The notes beneath the pieces were generated by a model. It saw only the letters and a list, made by a program, of their open reading frames with translations, searched no databases and had not been told where the DNA came from. A DNA stretch of 62,931 nucleotides, filler included, from Rhabdomonas costata (lineage: Eukaryota), in the NCBI GenBank assembly GCA_019059605.1. It is 25 parts of 25 records of this genome, joined end to end, with 100 filler letters (N's around TTAATTAATTAA, not from the genome) between each part and the next. Parts side by side here need not be neighbours in the genome. Positions count along the whole stretch, not along the records: positions 25,224 to 27,644 come from JAHMHO010003495.1; positions 27,745 to 30,165 come from JAHMHO010003496.1; positions 30,266 to 32,685 come from JAHMHO010003497.1; positions 32,786 to 35,206 come from JAHMHO010003498.1; positions 35,307 to 37,727 come from JAHMHO010003499.1; positions 37,828 to 40,248 come from JAHMHO010003500.1; positions 40,349 to 42,768 come from JAHMHO010003501.1; 18 more parts are not named here. The stretch is one strand, 5' to 3'. The translations under genes and the position numbers were made by a program. Numbering within the stretch: position 1 is the first letter of the stretch; every line of letters starts with the position of its first letter. This document shows positions 27,082-41,043 of this stretch, piece by piece.

Positions 27082-30000
27082 CTGCAATCAAAATACAGAA
27101 ACTATCCTAGAACATAGCAGACTAGAAAAACAACGTCCGATTGAAGAGGATAGTTGCTAGACTGCACATGGGACCTAGGGGAGAGCTAATTATGACAATC
27201 TGATGATCCCAAGGTGGTCTCACGCTGATAAAAAACATAAATACTGGTTCTGCTTCGATAGGGAGGATTGGCTCCGGTGCAGTGCGCGAAAAATCTGAAC
27301 TGAGCATCAAGGGCCAGATTTGTTTTTGACGGTTAAGGAGGTCTCAGGGCAGGGTGTGCAGCAAAGTGATAATCATAATTGACACCCAACCCCCGCCCAT
27401 AATTGGCCCAGCTAGTCCACCACGTTCAAATCAACTGATCCCCTTATTCTGGAAAAGGGAAATGACACTGTTGCGGACATAGAATATATTAGAGCCCGCA
27501 TGCTCGCAGTTACGATACAATGTCGATAGAGCCAGACAGACTGATGCAGTATGCAAGGTGTTCGTAGCCCTTCCATTGACCGGAGCGAACGAACAGCTGA
27601 CCTAACGACACAAAAAACAAATTGTAGCGAAAAACCACCAAAACNNNNNNNNNNNNNNNNNNNNNNNNNNNNNNNNNNNNNNNNNNNNTTAATTAATTAA
27701 NNNNNNNNNNNNNNNNNNNNNNNNNNNNNNNNNNNNNNNNNNNNAACTTAAATAAGAGTATGCACCAAATATGCCCAATGTCCAAATCCAACCCACTAGC
27801 GGCACATCACGGGCTATCGCAAAGTCACTCTAAGACAATGTTTACCATGTAGCTGTCCAATACAGTGTAAATAATTCACTTACAGTTGGTGATATTTCAT
27901 CAACGCTGTTACCTGCTAATGAATCCTTAGGCGACGCTTCCTTTGACTGCTCACGTGAGTAACGCAACCAAATGCCACTGATGTTAGCACGTCCAATTTA
28001 TCTAATGACACAACCATTCAGAGATCACTTTCACGAGTTGTGCGTGTCACCATTTTTCGGTATTCCAGGCGTAGCCTGATGGAAGAGCATGAGGATTACA
28101 TTTGGCTTTCATCTCATCTTGTCATCGAAGCATGTATCGGAGCGTAGCGACGAACCATTCTTAGTAGGAGTTAACATGAAAGGCACCTGCGGTATTAATA
28201 CGCATCGTCTTTACAAGATAACCCGAGCAAGCGACCCAAAAACCAACAGGAGGAAGGAGCGTGTAACGAGCGACGACAACATGATCAACAGAACGCAGAG
28301 AAGACATGAGGTTGGAAGGAGCATTGGAGCGTAGCAAAGATGCAACCAAAAATGTATCCTCACCGTCGGTCAGCATTTTGTCTCCATCATCACCAACATG
28401 AAGAGTTCATTGTCGCGCTAGGCGCGCATCGGTACAGAATGACTCCTATCATCGTGTTCATCCCAGCATCAGCCCTGGAATCACTCCTGCTTTAGTGGTT
28501 GTATCCGTACCGTACCTCATGCGGTGATTGGACAGCCCCTCACAGTGGGAAGGTTGATCAGCATGGTGTGCCGCCATTGGTCTTAGTCTGGTTGTTGTCA
28601 ATGCGCATGAAGTCACACTGTAACCATTTAACCCTTCCACTTCTACAGCAATGGTTCCTCTTCACTCCAACAACAGGAGGTAGAGCGTACGATGAGTGTG
28701 TGTAACGTAGGTGGTAGCGGTTAGCATCACCACCGGAGTCGTTGCACCACTTCCATTACAACGTTGGCATGTGGGTTGTACCACCACAGTAATAAGCACG
28801 GTTACGTTCCTCCTACGTTCATTGCAACACCAAACACCACAATCAGCATCATGGTCTCTCCATCACCGTAAGGATGTTTATGCTACCTAACACTCAACTA
28901 CATCAACATCAACAGGTTGTACGTCTGTCCATTACGCATCATTTCCTTTGCTTGGGTTGATGTGCTGTTTGTCATAGCCTGATTTTGGTGGTTGTATGGC
29001 TTCTACCCGATTCATACACTTCAATCTATGCACCTGGTTACACACCCCTAACCACACCGTTGTGCGTGTGTGCTGTGATGATGTATGTCCTGGCTTTGGT
29101 AACCGGTGCGGGCGATAAACACTCTGGTGAGGTGACGCTACAACAACTTGAATAACAACCGCTATGACCACTACCACCATCTCCACTACGGCACGTGGTT
29201 TCATCAAAGGTGGGGCGAACCTGATGCCATCTCACCCATCAATGCGGTCACCAGCTTGGAAATCACGTATGACGTCAGGAACGCCGACACCGACACCGAA
29301 AGCAAAGACATACGCGACGACACGACATACGCCCACCATCTCCACGACCCTCACCTTCCAAACACAGACAGAAGGCCATCCATCCACGCACAAGACCTCA
29401 CCTTCCATCCATCACAAATCCGTCATCATCCTCAGCACCTTCCTCCTTACCCACACCCTGACCACAGAGGGTCTAGTGCCACGAGCCATTCTTTGTTGCA
29501 ACCTCATAGCCCGCAAAAAAAAGTGGGGGCAACTTAATAAAAACGGCGGACTCAAAGGACGCAACGCACAACCGGCAACGTTTTAGCACATCGCCGTGCA
29601 AATGTAACGGCCTGGATTACGTAGATGTGACAAGAGAGAGAGAGAATTCATGCAGGTGTGGCTAGAGAAGTATGGAGCAGTCCATAATAAAAAAAAGAGA
29701 GGGAAGCGAAGGATGTAAGCAAGAACTGGCAGCGATGGAAGGCATGGATTTAAGAGCGGATGAGACCAAAAGAAGACAGCGGATGATATCAAGAGGTGTG
29801 GGCATCAAAGCATACCATCGAGCGATGTTCGAGAGGAGAGTGTTGTCCCAGTTTGTTTTCAGCAGGATTACAAGGAAAACCAAGGAAGACCAGCAAGAAG
29901 AAGATGCCTATCAAGAACAAGGCCGCCGAAAAGCAAAACGATCAAGAAGCAGGAGGAGAGAAGCAAGGAAGGAAAACCAGACCGACGAAAAGGAATGAGG

Positions 30001-33000
30001 TAAGAGGACAATTTGGAGGATTAGTAGCATTTGAATTGCTACTGGCCCACACGGGGCCCATTTCACTCCACGTACCACCTTCAAGTTTGGCGAAGCGAGG
30101 CGGTGAGGCAGAAGACCCCCCCCCCGACGAATTAGTCCCAGCAAGCGGCGGAGTCCGCAGGAGAANNNNNNNNNNNNNNNNNNNNNNNNNNNNNNNNNNN
30201 NNNNNNNNNTTAATTAATTAANNNNNNNNNNNNNNNNNNNNNNNNNNNNNNNNNNNNNNNNNNNNGGGGGGGGGTTAATGATGGCCCTCGGGGCAAGCGT
30301 GTTAGGGCTGGGTCTTGTTGTTTGGTTTGGGACTGAAGGTAAGGTTGCTGGGTTTAGGGCTCACTCCCCCTCTGCCCCCTGCATTTCTGCTCTCTCTAGT
30401 GTCTAGCGCTTCTCTCTGTGTTGGTGCCGCTTCCTTTGTCTCAGCCCAAGGTGGGAGACTCTATCGCCCGAGGGCGGAGTGGTCCAGCGGAGATAAGGAC
30501 GGCGGTGCGGGGAAGTGAGGTCAAGTGACGCAGGCGAGGTCTTTCATCTGCAAAGTGAAATGGGAGTCCTCCGGCCTTCGGCTGTTACACCTGCACCGAC
30601 CGTAAATGTAACAACTTTCCTCTAAACACATCCCACATACATTTTTCCTGGAAATTCAATTTGAAAGATGTCTCAGAATCAACATTGTTTTTCTTTTTGG
30701 GTTCAGGCGATTTGGGTAATGAGCTTGTGCTTTTGGAAATTGTTAAAAGGGCTTCCTCCATCGAAAAAGGTCGGTTGGTTGGGTCGCCTGCCTCCAGGTG
30801 AATGTGGCCAAGGGGACCTGGAAAACTGCACCTGACATGACCCCACCTGACCCCCTGCTCCCAAAAGAACGCCAGCAAGGTTTACGACCTCCCTCCCGCA
30901 CTTCTCCATTCTTTGCCAAGCTCTGCGGCCAAGGCCTGTTGTGTTTGCCCGGCAGCTCTTTGGATGCATGGGGGCACCCACGTTTTTAACACGCAAAACG
31001 TCCACAAAGCCCGTTTGATCTGAGACTTCGGGCAGTTCAACTCCCTCTTTCATTCGCTGGTCTCCAAACCCCAATCTTTTCACCTCCCCACACTAGAAAG
31101 CCTGCCTTTCTCAGGAAGGGAACGGGGAGAAGAGGGCAGCGAGTCCGCAGTAAAAGACAGGAAAGTTACTGCGGTGTATATCACTTGCAGACCAGAAGCG
31201 AGTGCTGCTGAATCGCTTCCTTGCCACCCATCGTCCTTCCTTGGTTTCTGACACGTCAAGAGCCCAACCTTATCCCACTCTTTGTAACTGGCAGCCACAT
31301 CGTGCTCATTCTCAACACATGTGTCAATTAATTGCAATAGATGCATCGTCATTAATCTTCACATTTCAACAGCGATGTGCAGTGAGGGTGCAGAGCAGAG
31401 AGGGTAAAATATTGAGCTTTATCGAAGCTCTGTCCCTCTGGCGGAGTGAAAATCAGAAGTTATACGGTTCTGTTGACCGGCAGGATCAAAATGTCGTCTC
31501 CCCGACAGACGGTTGTGATCGTGCAGACAACTTCTCTTCCGCTACCCCTCAACCCCTCAACGGCACATACACAAAAGACGCACACCACACTTTGTCCTCA
31601 ACACTTGGCGCGCGGAATGCTCCGTCTGCCCCTTAACGTCTACGCGGAGCGAGTGTTGGCAACCCGAGCCGCCAGGAGAGGAGCCCGAGGACGTCAAGGA
31701 GGGTCCACTGCCCTTCAACTGCAGAACCTTGCGAAAACAACAAACACCAAAAGAACATGGTATGGCAGGAAAGAGAAAACCCGAGTCATCCCTCACACGA
31801 ATGCAGCCGCTTCAAAGCCGATTCATAGAGGTACGTCTATCAAATAGGTTCTCGACCCCCCAACCTCAGAATGGATGGGGATGCAGCTCGCGTCCAAATC
31901 AAACGGCTCTGTACGAGGAAAAAATATACGCGAAGGGGCCCTATTGAGCTGCTTTCAATCGTGACACCATGGATTGCACACCATTTCGTCCCCACTCCAT
32001 TTTCCTTTGAGGGCACAATTGGAGGAAGGACGGAGGATGATCAAAGGCTCTAGCAAAAGTCATGCTTTTGAGTGCCGCCGCCACGGCGTCGAGGACTCCC
32101 ACTCCACCAGCAAAATCGGAAATACCGGGCGATAAGAGGTATCCTGTTGAGCAAAATCGTTGCAAGTATAAAATGTAATGCAACGTCATAACGGGGGGAC
32201 TCATAATGTTACTTCAAACACAGTGAGGGTACGTGCATCTATCCGCCAGTTCTCCGTGCAGACCGTTCCCACTCAATCTTTTCATCGAACACACAAACAT
32301 ACACAAACACAAACAACAAACCCAACTGTCCCTATGTCAAAGAAGAATTCACAGTGATGAAAAACTGCAGCAGATTATAACCCACCTCCTCCAGACTCCC
32401 GGATTCTGATCCACCGCAGAACGTACACAAGTACTCAAAATGCGGCACAGCTCAGTGCTGAAAACCATTTCGTGGGAAACCAGCAGGGCGCAACGCAAAC
32501 CAGCGCAGCGTAACAAATGCCTGAGCTCTGAAAATTTGAGGCTGCCTACAAAGGATCACGGCACACTTGATAGACACGGAAGCAGCAAAGTTAAGCAATT
32601 AGGTAGCAAAATAGACCTCTGCAGATGCCACATTCACAACGAGGAGCTGGCATTTCTGCTCCGTAGAGGTGTACCACCCCCAACANNNNNNNNNNNNNNN
32701 NNNNNNNNNNNNNNNNNNNNNNNNNNNNNTTAATTAATTAANNNNNNNNNNNNNNNNNNNNNNNNNNNNNNNNNNNNNNNNNNNNGTTTTGTTGCCATTC
32801 CTTTTGTTTCACTTCTTTCACTCATCTCTTTGTCAGTCGATGGATACCGAGGCCATGGGCAGGTGCTGGGGAAGCGCGGAATGGCCGTCACCTACCGTTC
32901 GTTTGCTTTGGCTTCTTCTCCCCATTCCGTACCCCGCACTGTTTACTCTGAGAGAACGTATGTTTGGTGTGGATGGAGATACATGCAGTGGGTGCGGGGG

Positions 33001-33103
33001 GAGGAAGCGGCCGATATACTAGTGGGACTCTTCCCTGCTGCACTGTTGGTGTTTTCGGGAGGATTCATGTTGGGCAACATGTTTCCTACTCGCTTTGTGG
33101 CAG

Positions 33104-34908
33104 GGTTGCCGTGGGCCTGCCTGACTGCCCCGCCTGGGCTGGCCTCGGTGAAGATGCTGAACGTGGGGTTCTGCCCGGAGCTGGTGCAGGGCTTCCTGTG
33201 CCGTCTGCCCCAGCTCCAGGCCCTCACCGTGGTCGAGGAGAACGGTTTCACCCCTTCCTTCCTTCCCTTCCCCATTTTTCTTCCTATTCTATTTGGAGTT
33301 GAGGTACCACAGAGTTGCCTTTGGTTCAATCTATGCCGGGGAGCCAATTCGAAGAGGAGATATAGGAGGAACATCATCATCAGTGCATCGGTAGCGATTC
33401 GTCCTGAGTCTAAGTCGGCCAATCCCAAGCACCTGTCCCACCCCAAGGGCAGTCGAACTGCGCGCCTGGGGTCCTCATGGACCCTGCCCTCGCATCGCTC
33501 GCGCTCTAAGGTGAGAATCGTTAGTCTTGGCACTGCGAGTCGAGTTGTTTGCAGAGAGAAAGTCACCCATGAAGCCCTCCGGCTGGTTGTTGTCTGGAAC
33601 AGCCCGGGGGAATCCCCGCAACCCAGGGGGGATAGTGGAGGTCCCACTCTCCGACTGGAGTGGGAGGAGCTTCGGGCTCCGGAAGGTTGAGGTTCACATG
33701 TGCATTCACGTAGCAGGTCGTGAGTTGTCCCTAAGTCAAAAAGAAGACACCGTGCACAGATACACATCATTGGGCGTGCCCGCACAAACAGAGCCAACCC
33801 GCGATGCTTCAGAACACAAGTGCACAAGGCAGACAGTGGCAGTAGAAATGAAAATGGGAGCCGAAAGGCTCTGAGCAAGCGACCACCAAGCCGACCCTTG
33901 GTGTTGTGAACCCTGAAATGCAGCGTATTAGAAAGGGATGACCATTTTGGCCTATGGGTGAGATGCAGCAAGGGGAAAACGGTGTTCAGCACTGCTCATA
34001 AATTGTCTGTATCTCTCCCTTCCAATCATCGTACATACTTTTGGACGCTGAAAAGGGGCCACCCCTCCCCCTCCCCCATTGTCCTTGTTTCTCTCCCATG
34101 TCGCAGAGCTTGGGCTCTCTGGGGCGGTGCGGGTGGACAAGCCCGTGTGGGCTTCCCTTCTGGGAAGCTGCCCCAGCCTGACCCGGGTGGACCTCTCTGG
34201 GATCGGTGCTGTGGCCTTTTCTGTGCTTCTGCGCTACGGGGGGCGCGAGCTATGGGCTGAGGAAGATGGCGCGATGGATTTCACTTCCGAGACATAGCGC
34301 CATTTTAGCCTGCGCTCTAGCTCTAGCTCTAGCGGTTGGAGTGCCCTGCGGGGCTTCTGGCCAAGACCTTGAGCTGAAACGCCGTTTTCAGGACTCCGCA
34401 GAGGACGGGGTGTATTTCAGTTAAACCCAACGCTCCGCTGATGACCACTCAGCTTGTTTGCCACACTCAGCTTGTTTGCCACCATGCGTAACGCGATTCC
34501 CGTCACTGGTACCATTCTGGCGCACGGTTTGTTTGTTGAAGGATCCCATTTTTTGTCATGTGTGTTCTCGGCAGGGCCTTTTCATATGTACGAGTTGTGG
34601 GGGGTGTGGTAGGGTCGTGCTCAACTTTGCTTCGCGAGGCCATCCTCGGAGGCATTGGCAGCGGTAAGGTGGGATCCTCGGATGGAGAAGGCGCTGAGAA
34701 TGGCGGGGTTGGTGGCAAGGGTCGTGTCGGCGGCGGAGGGTTCTGCCGGCTGCGCAGCGTGGCCCTGTGCCGCGGAGGCAGCCTGAGGTCCTCCGTGCTG
34801 CAGACTGGATTCACCCGCTCCGTTCTAACGTGCTTCCTGGCGGACGGCGAAACGGCGCTGTCCAGCCGCACAGTGGTCGCCCTGGCGAAACGCACCCCCT
34901 TCCTGAAG
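33104..34908 (+). CDS. Leucine-rich-repeat (FBXL/AMN1-like) protein exons; partial
   Basis: Exons ~33104-33244, 34107-34205 and one ending 34908, containing LASVKMLNVGFC, LPQLQALTV, CPSLTRVDLSG and LRSVALC..TPFLK. Confidence 0.55.
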
Positions 34909-35647
34909 GTCACTTCTTTATCTTTTTGCCTTTGCATGTCGAGGCAACGGCCATGCAGTGGGCGTCGTTTAGAAGGCAAAAGGCCGGAAAGGATTCCCTC
35001 AGTTTTACTGCAAAACTACAGTGCTGAGAGAGTGAGCAAACAGGACAAATTGCTCATCAATGCCCTGAGCCACCTCGGCACCCTTCTCCTCGGTGGCTTA
35101 CGGCTCCAGAACGTTTCCAACAACGTGCACCATAGAGCGAGTAGCCTCCTCAGCGCGGAAGGGCGAGAATGACGAAGGAGCTCATTGTTCCCCTGACCCA
35201 ACACCCNNNNNNNNNNNNNNNNNNNNNNNNNNNNNNNNNNNNNNNNNNNNTTAATTAATTAANNNNNNNNNNNNNNNNNNNNNNNNNNNNNNNNNNNNNN
35301 NNNNNNGGTGTGGGGTTGATAACAACATTTGAAAACGTTTTGTTAAAACCAACAGCAGGGAACAAGAAAAATTTCATTTCAACAACTGTGTGTATGTCCT
35401 GGAGTTCCTTCGATGTGAAGCTACGACTGTTGAAAAACTTGGCAAGCTATGTGTATTCACCATTTTTTTGGGGGTTGGGTAAATTAAATTTGCGATATAT
35501 ACGAGCTTCATCTTGAGGGAGGGGGGGGGCAGCGCAGATTGCCCTATCCCAAACCAAACCAAACCTCGTTTGCTGGTGACAAAAGTTTAAGTGATCAACA
35601 CCACTAAGCCCAAGCACCATTGCCCCCACCCGACTCGCCGCTGAAAC

Positions 35648-37173
35648 CTCTTCCGAGGAGGATTCGTCGCACGATCATTGGATGAAACGTCCCTCTCCAG
35701 GTCTGTGCTGAGGTCAAAGCTGACCTGGCGAGCCTGCGTCACCCCTGCCCCCAAGGAGCCCTTCACCCTTTCCAGCTGAGGATTCCCCAGGGCAGCCGCT
35801 GAGGTTGGGCCGGGGGTGGAGGAGCGGGAGCTTTCCTCCTGGAAGACACCTTTCTTCAGCGCGCTGCGTGGGGAGAGCGAGCTCTGGCCTGAGACAGCGC
35901 AGGCTGGGCCACACTTGTCCCGGCTGTCATCGACCTGCAAACGAGGCAGCGCTCCCTCCAGAATAGGCTTAAGGCAACTAGCACCAAACGAAGGGCGGCA
36001 CATCAACAGCAATGTTAACAGCTAGGACGAAACGAAAAGCCAATAGTTTACAGGGAAGGCAGACACTGAAATGTGTGTGTGTGCGCAGGTTCCGAGAACT
36101 GCCTGCTCAGATCATCCTACCAGGTGTCCATAAGTATTTTGCCCAATAATTTGCTCCAATTTGTAGTACTCATCCACCACGGGTTGCTGATGCATAGAAT
36201 CCCCACGAAGCAAGTATGCTGACAAGGTTAACAGGGAGAGGACCACCCAACTCCTATTGAAGGAGAAATATATAGCATTCCTAAAGGTGGTTTTTTGGTG
36301 CCACTAACTCTCAATTTTAAAATGGCCACGGGCAACACATCGCTACACATAACAAAGCCGCCCAAAAACTCCCGCCACTTGCCACAATGCATATTAACTG
36401 GAAAAAAGGCTCACAAACCGACTCGAGGAACCACGCTGATTCAGGTCCGAGACCCACCCGAAGCCTGTCTCCGTGCTCACGCTCCGCTACTTGTGCGGTC
36501 AGGTCCGCGGGGTCCGAGGTGTTGATTCTGGTTGGGCTGAGTTGAGACAGGCGAAGGGAGTTCCCCGTGTCGGTGACCAAACCATGTAACACACGCTGCA
36601 ACATCCTCTGCCGGTAATCCTCGGCAAGCTCCTCGACGACCCTCTCCAACGCCTCTCCCTGAGACCACGGAGCGGGGAGAAGCTGCTGATTCACGCCACT
36701 TTACTAACGCAGCAAAAAGTTCTTGAAGAAGAACAGGAATCTTTTTTCAGATCTCCTTTCTGCCACTGTGCCACTTACTGTTTGGACCCCAGGACAATGG
36801 CAGATCCGAATACTGCGACAAGCAGCAAAGAAAGGAAGACTGCACATAGAAAGTATACGTGCAGGCTGCCAACAAAATTTCCGGAACTGGTGCCAGGGAA
36901 GCGGTACGGAAACCAAAGCAATCGATCAATCATATGCATCCCCGAAGGCAAACTCACTGCGCACCGTCTCTGAGCGGTTGAAAATATAGTGCTGCAGAAG
37001 GACTGGGGGCATTCCCGCGAAGAGCTCCATCTCGTCCACCGTGGGTGAGCGCCTCATTTGATTGACCAATGAGAGGGTCTCCCGCGATGCTGTGTTTTGG
37101 AAAGTCGCCTTTCGCTCCTGAGTGGCCAGATAAACCACCTTGAGCTCGCGCAGGGTCACCTCGAGGTTTGTTC
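35648..37173 (-). CDS. Three exons of an unknown protein
   Basis: AG/GT-bounded open blocks 37173-36965, ~36659-36459 and 35934-~35648 with coding-like composition. Confidence 0.45.
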
Positions 37174-38104
37174 CTGCAAAAAAAACAGATTTCCAATCCA
37201 CGTGCAATGAATACTCAAGCGCAGACCAGACTTCAGAGAGGCAGCAATAAATGCATATTGTGAAGCTTTCTGCAAGGTCGAAATTCAAAGCAGCTCCCAC
37301 GCTGAGGACGTGCTGTTGAGAGACACCAAGTGTGTAAAATGCATTGTGCATGACCTGCGTCTTCTCAAAGATATGAAATGAAATGAGATGAGACGCAAAA
37401 AAAAAAAGAATAAGAAAACAATTCTCCATCATCTGTTGCGTTTGTGTGTGTGTTTATTTTTGACGGAACACGCAATGTGACGGCGGCACTTTTTACTGAG
37501 GGAAGACGGGGAATGGTTATCGACTCACCAATGAGAGAATGCCCCATAAACTTTCGTCATTAACCATGTGTTCAGGAATGGGCCATCCAACAGTGATGAA
37601 CAACAAAGTGGAGGCGCTAAAATTGCAACCCGTGATGAGAAACGACGGTACCGGCGGTTGTACCTTGGGTATGATGCCGCCAAACTAGATTACAATAGGA
37701 AAACAAACAGTGTCATGTGTCCAAACANNNNNNNNNNNNNNNNNNNNNNNNNNNNNNNNNNNNNNNNNNNNTTAATTAATTAANNNNNNNNNNNNNNNNN
37801 NNNNNNNNNNNNNNNNNNNNNNNNNNNGTTGGGTGTGGGTGGGGTGTGTGGTTTGATGTCAAGCGCGCAGCAACCCTATGTACGGCCTTAAATCGTGGTC
37901 TGCAGTAAACCCATGGAGCCAATCAATGTGATGCTGCATCGTGTTTAGATAGTTCTCACTCTCAGACACCCTCTCCACACACACACGCTCCACGAGTTAG
38001 TTTAGAGTACACAGCAACAAAAAAAAACCCGCCCTCCTGGTTCGATACCCTTTTTTTCTGTGGAAACTATCCCTCTTCCAGTCCGTTTGCCTATCTCTCG
38101 GCAG

Positions 38105-39817
38105 CCCCGAATCACACCGACAAGGAGCTCGACAAGGCCTCCGCCGCTCTGCTCGAGTTCCTTCAAAGCACTCAGGGAATCACTCAGGCCGCCCTGAGGG
38201 ACGCCGCGGTGCCCGGGTCCAGTCCCTTGGCGGTGTTCCACGAGGTTTTCCTGGAGTTGCTGAGGGCCATGGAGAGGGGCCTCATGCAGTGTGGGAAGAG
38301 CCTGACCACAATTCAGGTCAAGTCTCTGGAGTTCAGCGCGAACCACCTGAACACTGAGGTATGGAGTGGTAGGTTGGTCGTGGTTAGTTTTGGTGGCTGT
38401 GGGTTTGCGTTTACTTTTCGGCTTTCAAATCAATTTCGATTGGTAGCGTATGGCCGTTTCTGAGATCATTTGTGTCAATTTGGCTGAATTGGGGAACCCT
38501 TAAGACACAGACATGCCCTTTTGCCGCCAATCTTTTGTGCTTTTTCTTTTGTGCTGTCTCTCTCCCAGGTGAGGGTCATCGCCCTTCAGATTGCCCGGGA
38601 AACGGCAGGCCATCCGCAGCCATCTGAGAAGAAAAAGCCCAAGAACCGGATCCAAGATGGGGTGGACGTGGTGGACGACGGCAAGCTCCATGATTTTGGC
38701 AGCTTCCCTGTGGTAATGTGGTAATGTAGTAAAGTCTTTTAAAGGATTTCAGAATATTCACCTGGGGCCGAACGTACTCAGAAGTGTTCTCATTACTCCT
38801 TCAAAGGTTGAAGAAATCAAACCTGCGGTTTGGTGTGTGGCTCTTGCCACCTTTTCGCTTCAGATTACACATCCCTTTTTAAACATCTCCGAAATAATAC
38901 CTAGTTCGTCTCTTCTTATCATAAAGTCGCTTATAGGTGCGCAAGTGGAACACGGAACAACGTTCGCCACGGAACAACATAACCTCAAAGGTGCACTCCG
39001 TCGAGGAGGCCTTCAGGGGCCACCTCTGGGAGGACTGGCTGGCTCAAGTTCCGGGGACAACGTACTGGTTGTGTCCACATTGCCACCGCACCACCTCCGA
39101 CATCTGCCCCGTGGCCCACTATGAAGAGAAGCACCCGCTGGAGCTCAACCGCCCCCCAAACGACTTCCCCACGGTGGAGCACGCAGAGGAGTGGAAGAAC
39201 GCACGGCTGGTGGACATGGCCACCCTGCTAAGGCTGGTGCAGGAGGAAAGCAAGGCGAAGACCATTGCCGGCAAGAGCTACCCCGCCATCACAGCGTACA
39301 CAATGGAGGTTCCGGTGTACAGGTTGTGCAACAAGGCCAGCAGGGAGGCCAAGAAGAACCCCGAGGCCTTCGAGGTTTCAGCTTCTCTCCCCTGTAAATA
39401 TTTTGGTTCGATGCGGCCCGATTTGCTGAAGGTGAAAAGAACGTGTTTTTAAGGCTCTTCCGAACGTCGACCGAGCGACATGGTGGTTTCGGGAAGTCGG
39501 ATCTGGATCAAAGTTGGTTGAGCGCTATACGTTGAGGACCCCGGGAACTGGCTTTACTGGTTTTCAGGGTTGTTGTTATGCTGGAGTTGAGGTTTGGTGG
39601 AGGCTTCGTTCTTTCTGTCTGTCACGGATCCTGGTGGCTCCACTTCTCCGTGTGTGTGGTATTGCCGACTGGTGTGCAGATCTGGAAGGCGTTTTCGCGG
39701 CTGCTGCACCACCAACTGCTGTCGCTGCCGCCGTTCGAGGGGATGGTATTCCGCGCGATCGACTTCAAGCCAGACTCCGGCACCTTTGCCGTGGGTGCTG
39801 TCATCACATGGAACCAG
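38105..39817 (+). CDS. ART-family (R-S-E type) mono-ADP-ribosyltransferase domain protein with upstream C2H2-like finger; partial
   Basis: Exons 38105-38358, 38569-38712, 38937-39374 and 39680-39817. AITAYT..VYRLCNKASR..|IWKAFSRLLHHQLLSLPPFEGMVFRAI..GAVITWNQ matches the ART N-half including the catalytic Arg. CPHC..HYEEKH precedes it. Confidence 0.8.
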
Positions 39818-41043
39818 GCATCCCTTTCACCCTCCTTCGCACTCGCCTGTGTTGCACGTTCCACCGATGCACTGATCCACCGATGCCAACTCGACGCTGG
39901 GGATACAACGGCCGTTACTCCAACACAACTACGGTGTACCGTACGCTCTTGCACGTAAGATACATCATAGTAGGCTGAATAACCGCTGCCAACGCCACCA
40001 ATACTGTCATCCCAGCACTGGTGTTACCATGTACTACTTACGTCGCATAGGTCCGCTCAAGCACACCAGCCTAATATGAGTTCTCCTGATGTCTCAGGTC
40101 ACTGCGCCTGTGCCGGCACCCTTTTTTGATTGGTTATTACCATTCTGAGCTTTTATCCTTCACCGTCGTCCTTCCTTCTTCGCGGTGTCATAGTCCATGT
40201 GGGGCTCTCTGTTTCCCTGCCACAGCCCAGCAGCACCTCCAGGCACCCNNNNNNNNNNNNNNNNNNNNNNNNNNNNNNNNNNNNNNNNNNNNTTAATTAA
40301 TTAANNNNNNNNNNNNNNNNNNNNNNNNNNNNNNNNNNNNNNNNNNNNTTGTGTTGTGGAGGCAGAAAGTTCTTGTTCTGAAAGGGAAAGTGTTAGTCTG
40401 AGTTTGCCGTTTGGTGCTCCTGCTTGTCGGTTGGTATTGACTGTTAGGTGGCTGCTGAGAATGATTGCATCTCCACAAGCATTGGCGTGGCAATGCTAAA
40501 AACCCTGCGTCCATCGGCGATCCCACTTTTTTTTGGCTTGTCTGCTCGTCCACTTAGCCTGCTTGCTTCCGTGCTTCCTTGCAATGCGAGCGCACCGTTC
40601 GCTGGCCGAGTGGTGAGCACTATTGAGCTGATTAAACAAATCATGACAACAGAAAAGAGGCGTGTTTTTGCGGTCCTGCGGGGGGCGGGGGAGAGCCCTT
40701 TATGCCGTTCTGAGATAACCCTGGTGGCCTGACCCCACCCTACCCGTCGCTGAAATGTCCCTTCTAAAGAGGAGCACGCACACACGCAAATCAGTTGTCG
40801 GCACCCTTGGGGCGCTGCCGGTGTGCCATTTCTTGCCAGGTACTCAAGACCGAAAAAGCTCCCTGAAGGCCCCAAAATGGCCCTAAAATGGCCTATAGGG
40901 CTGCCCACTCGTGATCCAGCATTGAAGTACTCAGGACAAGGCCAGTGGCTGTTGTGCCGAGCCACGCATTAGGCTAGTGTTTTGACGGAAAGAAAAAATG
41001 AGGTGCGGGGAAGGGATGGGATGGGATGGGTGGGGACGCAAAG

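Noticed and set aside
27745-30165. Decayed retroelement on this contig
   Set aside because: Composition is distinctive, but I could not recognise RT, integrase, recombinase or endonuclease motifs.
30300-30360. Telomeric repeat (TTAGGG/TTTAGGG)
   Set aside because: Only two isolated copies, not a tandem array.
32943-33992. 349-aa minus-strand ORF, and similar long ORFs at 9190-9909, 11817-12569, 15678-16472 and 50431-51177
   Set aside because: Antisense or off-frame shadows of GC-rich exons, or unrecognisable low-complexity sequence with no motifs.
38000-38060. tRNA or tRNA-derived SINE (GGTTCGATACCC B-box-like plus T run; similar motif near 14915)
   Set aside because: No cloverleaf or convincing A-box could be built.
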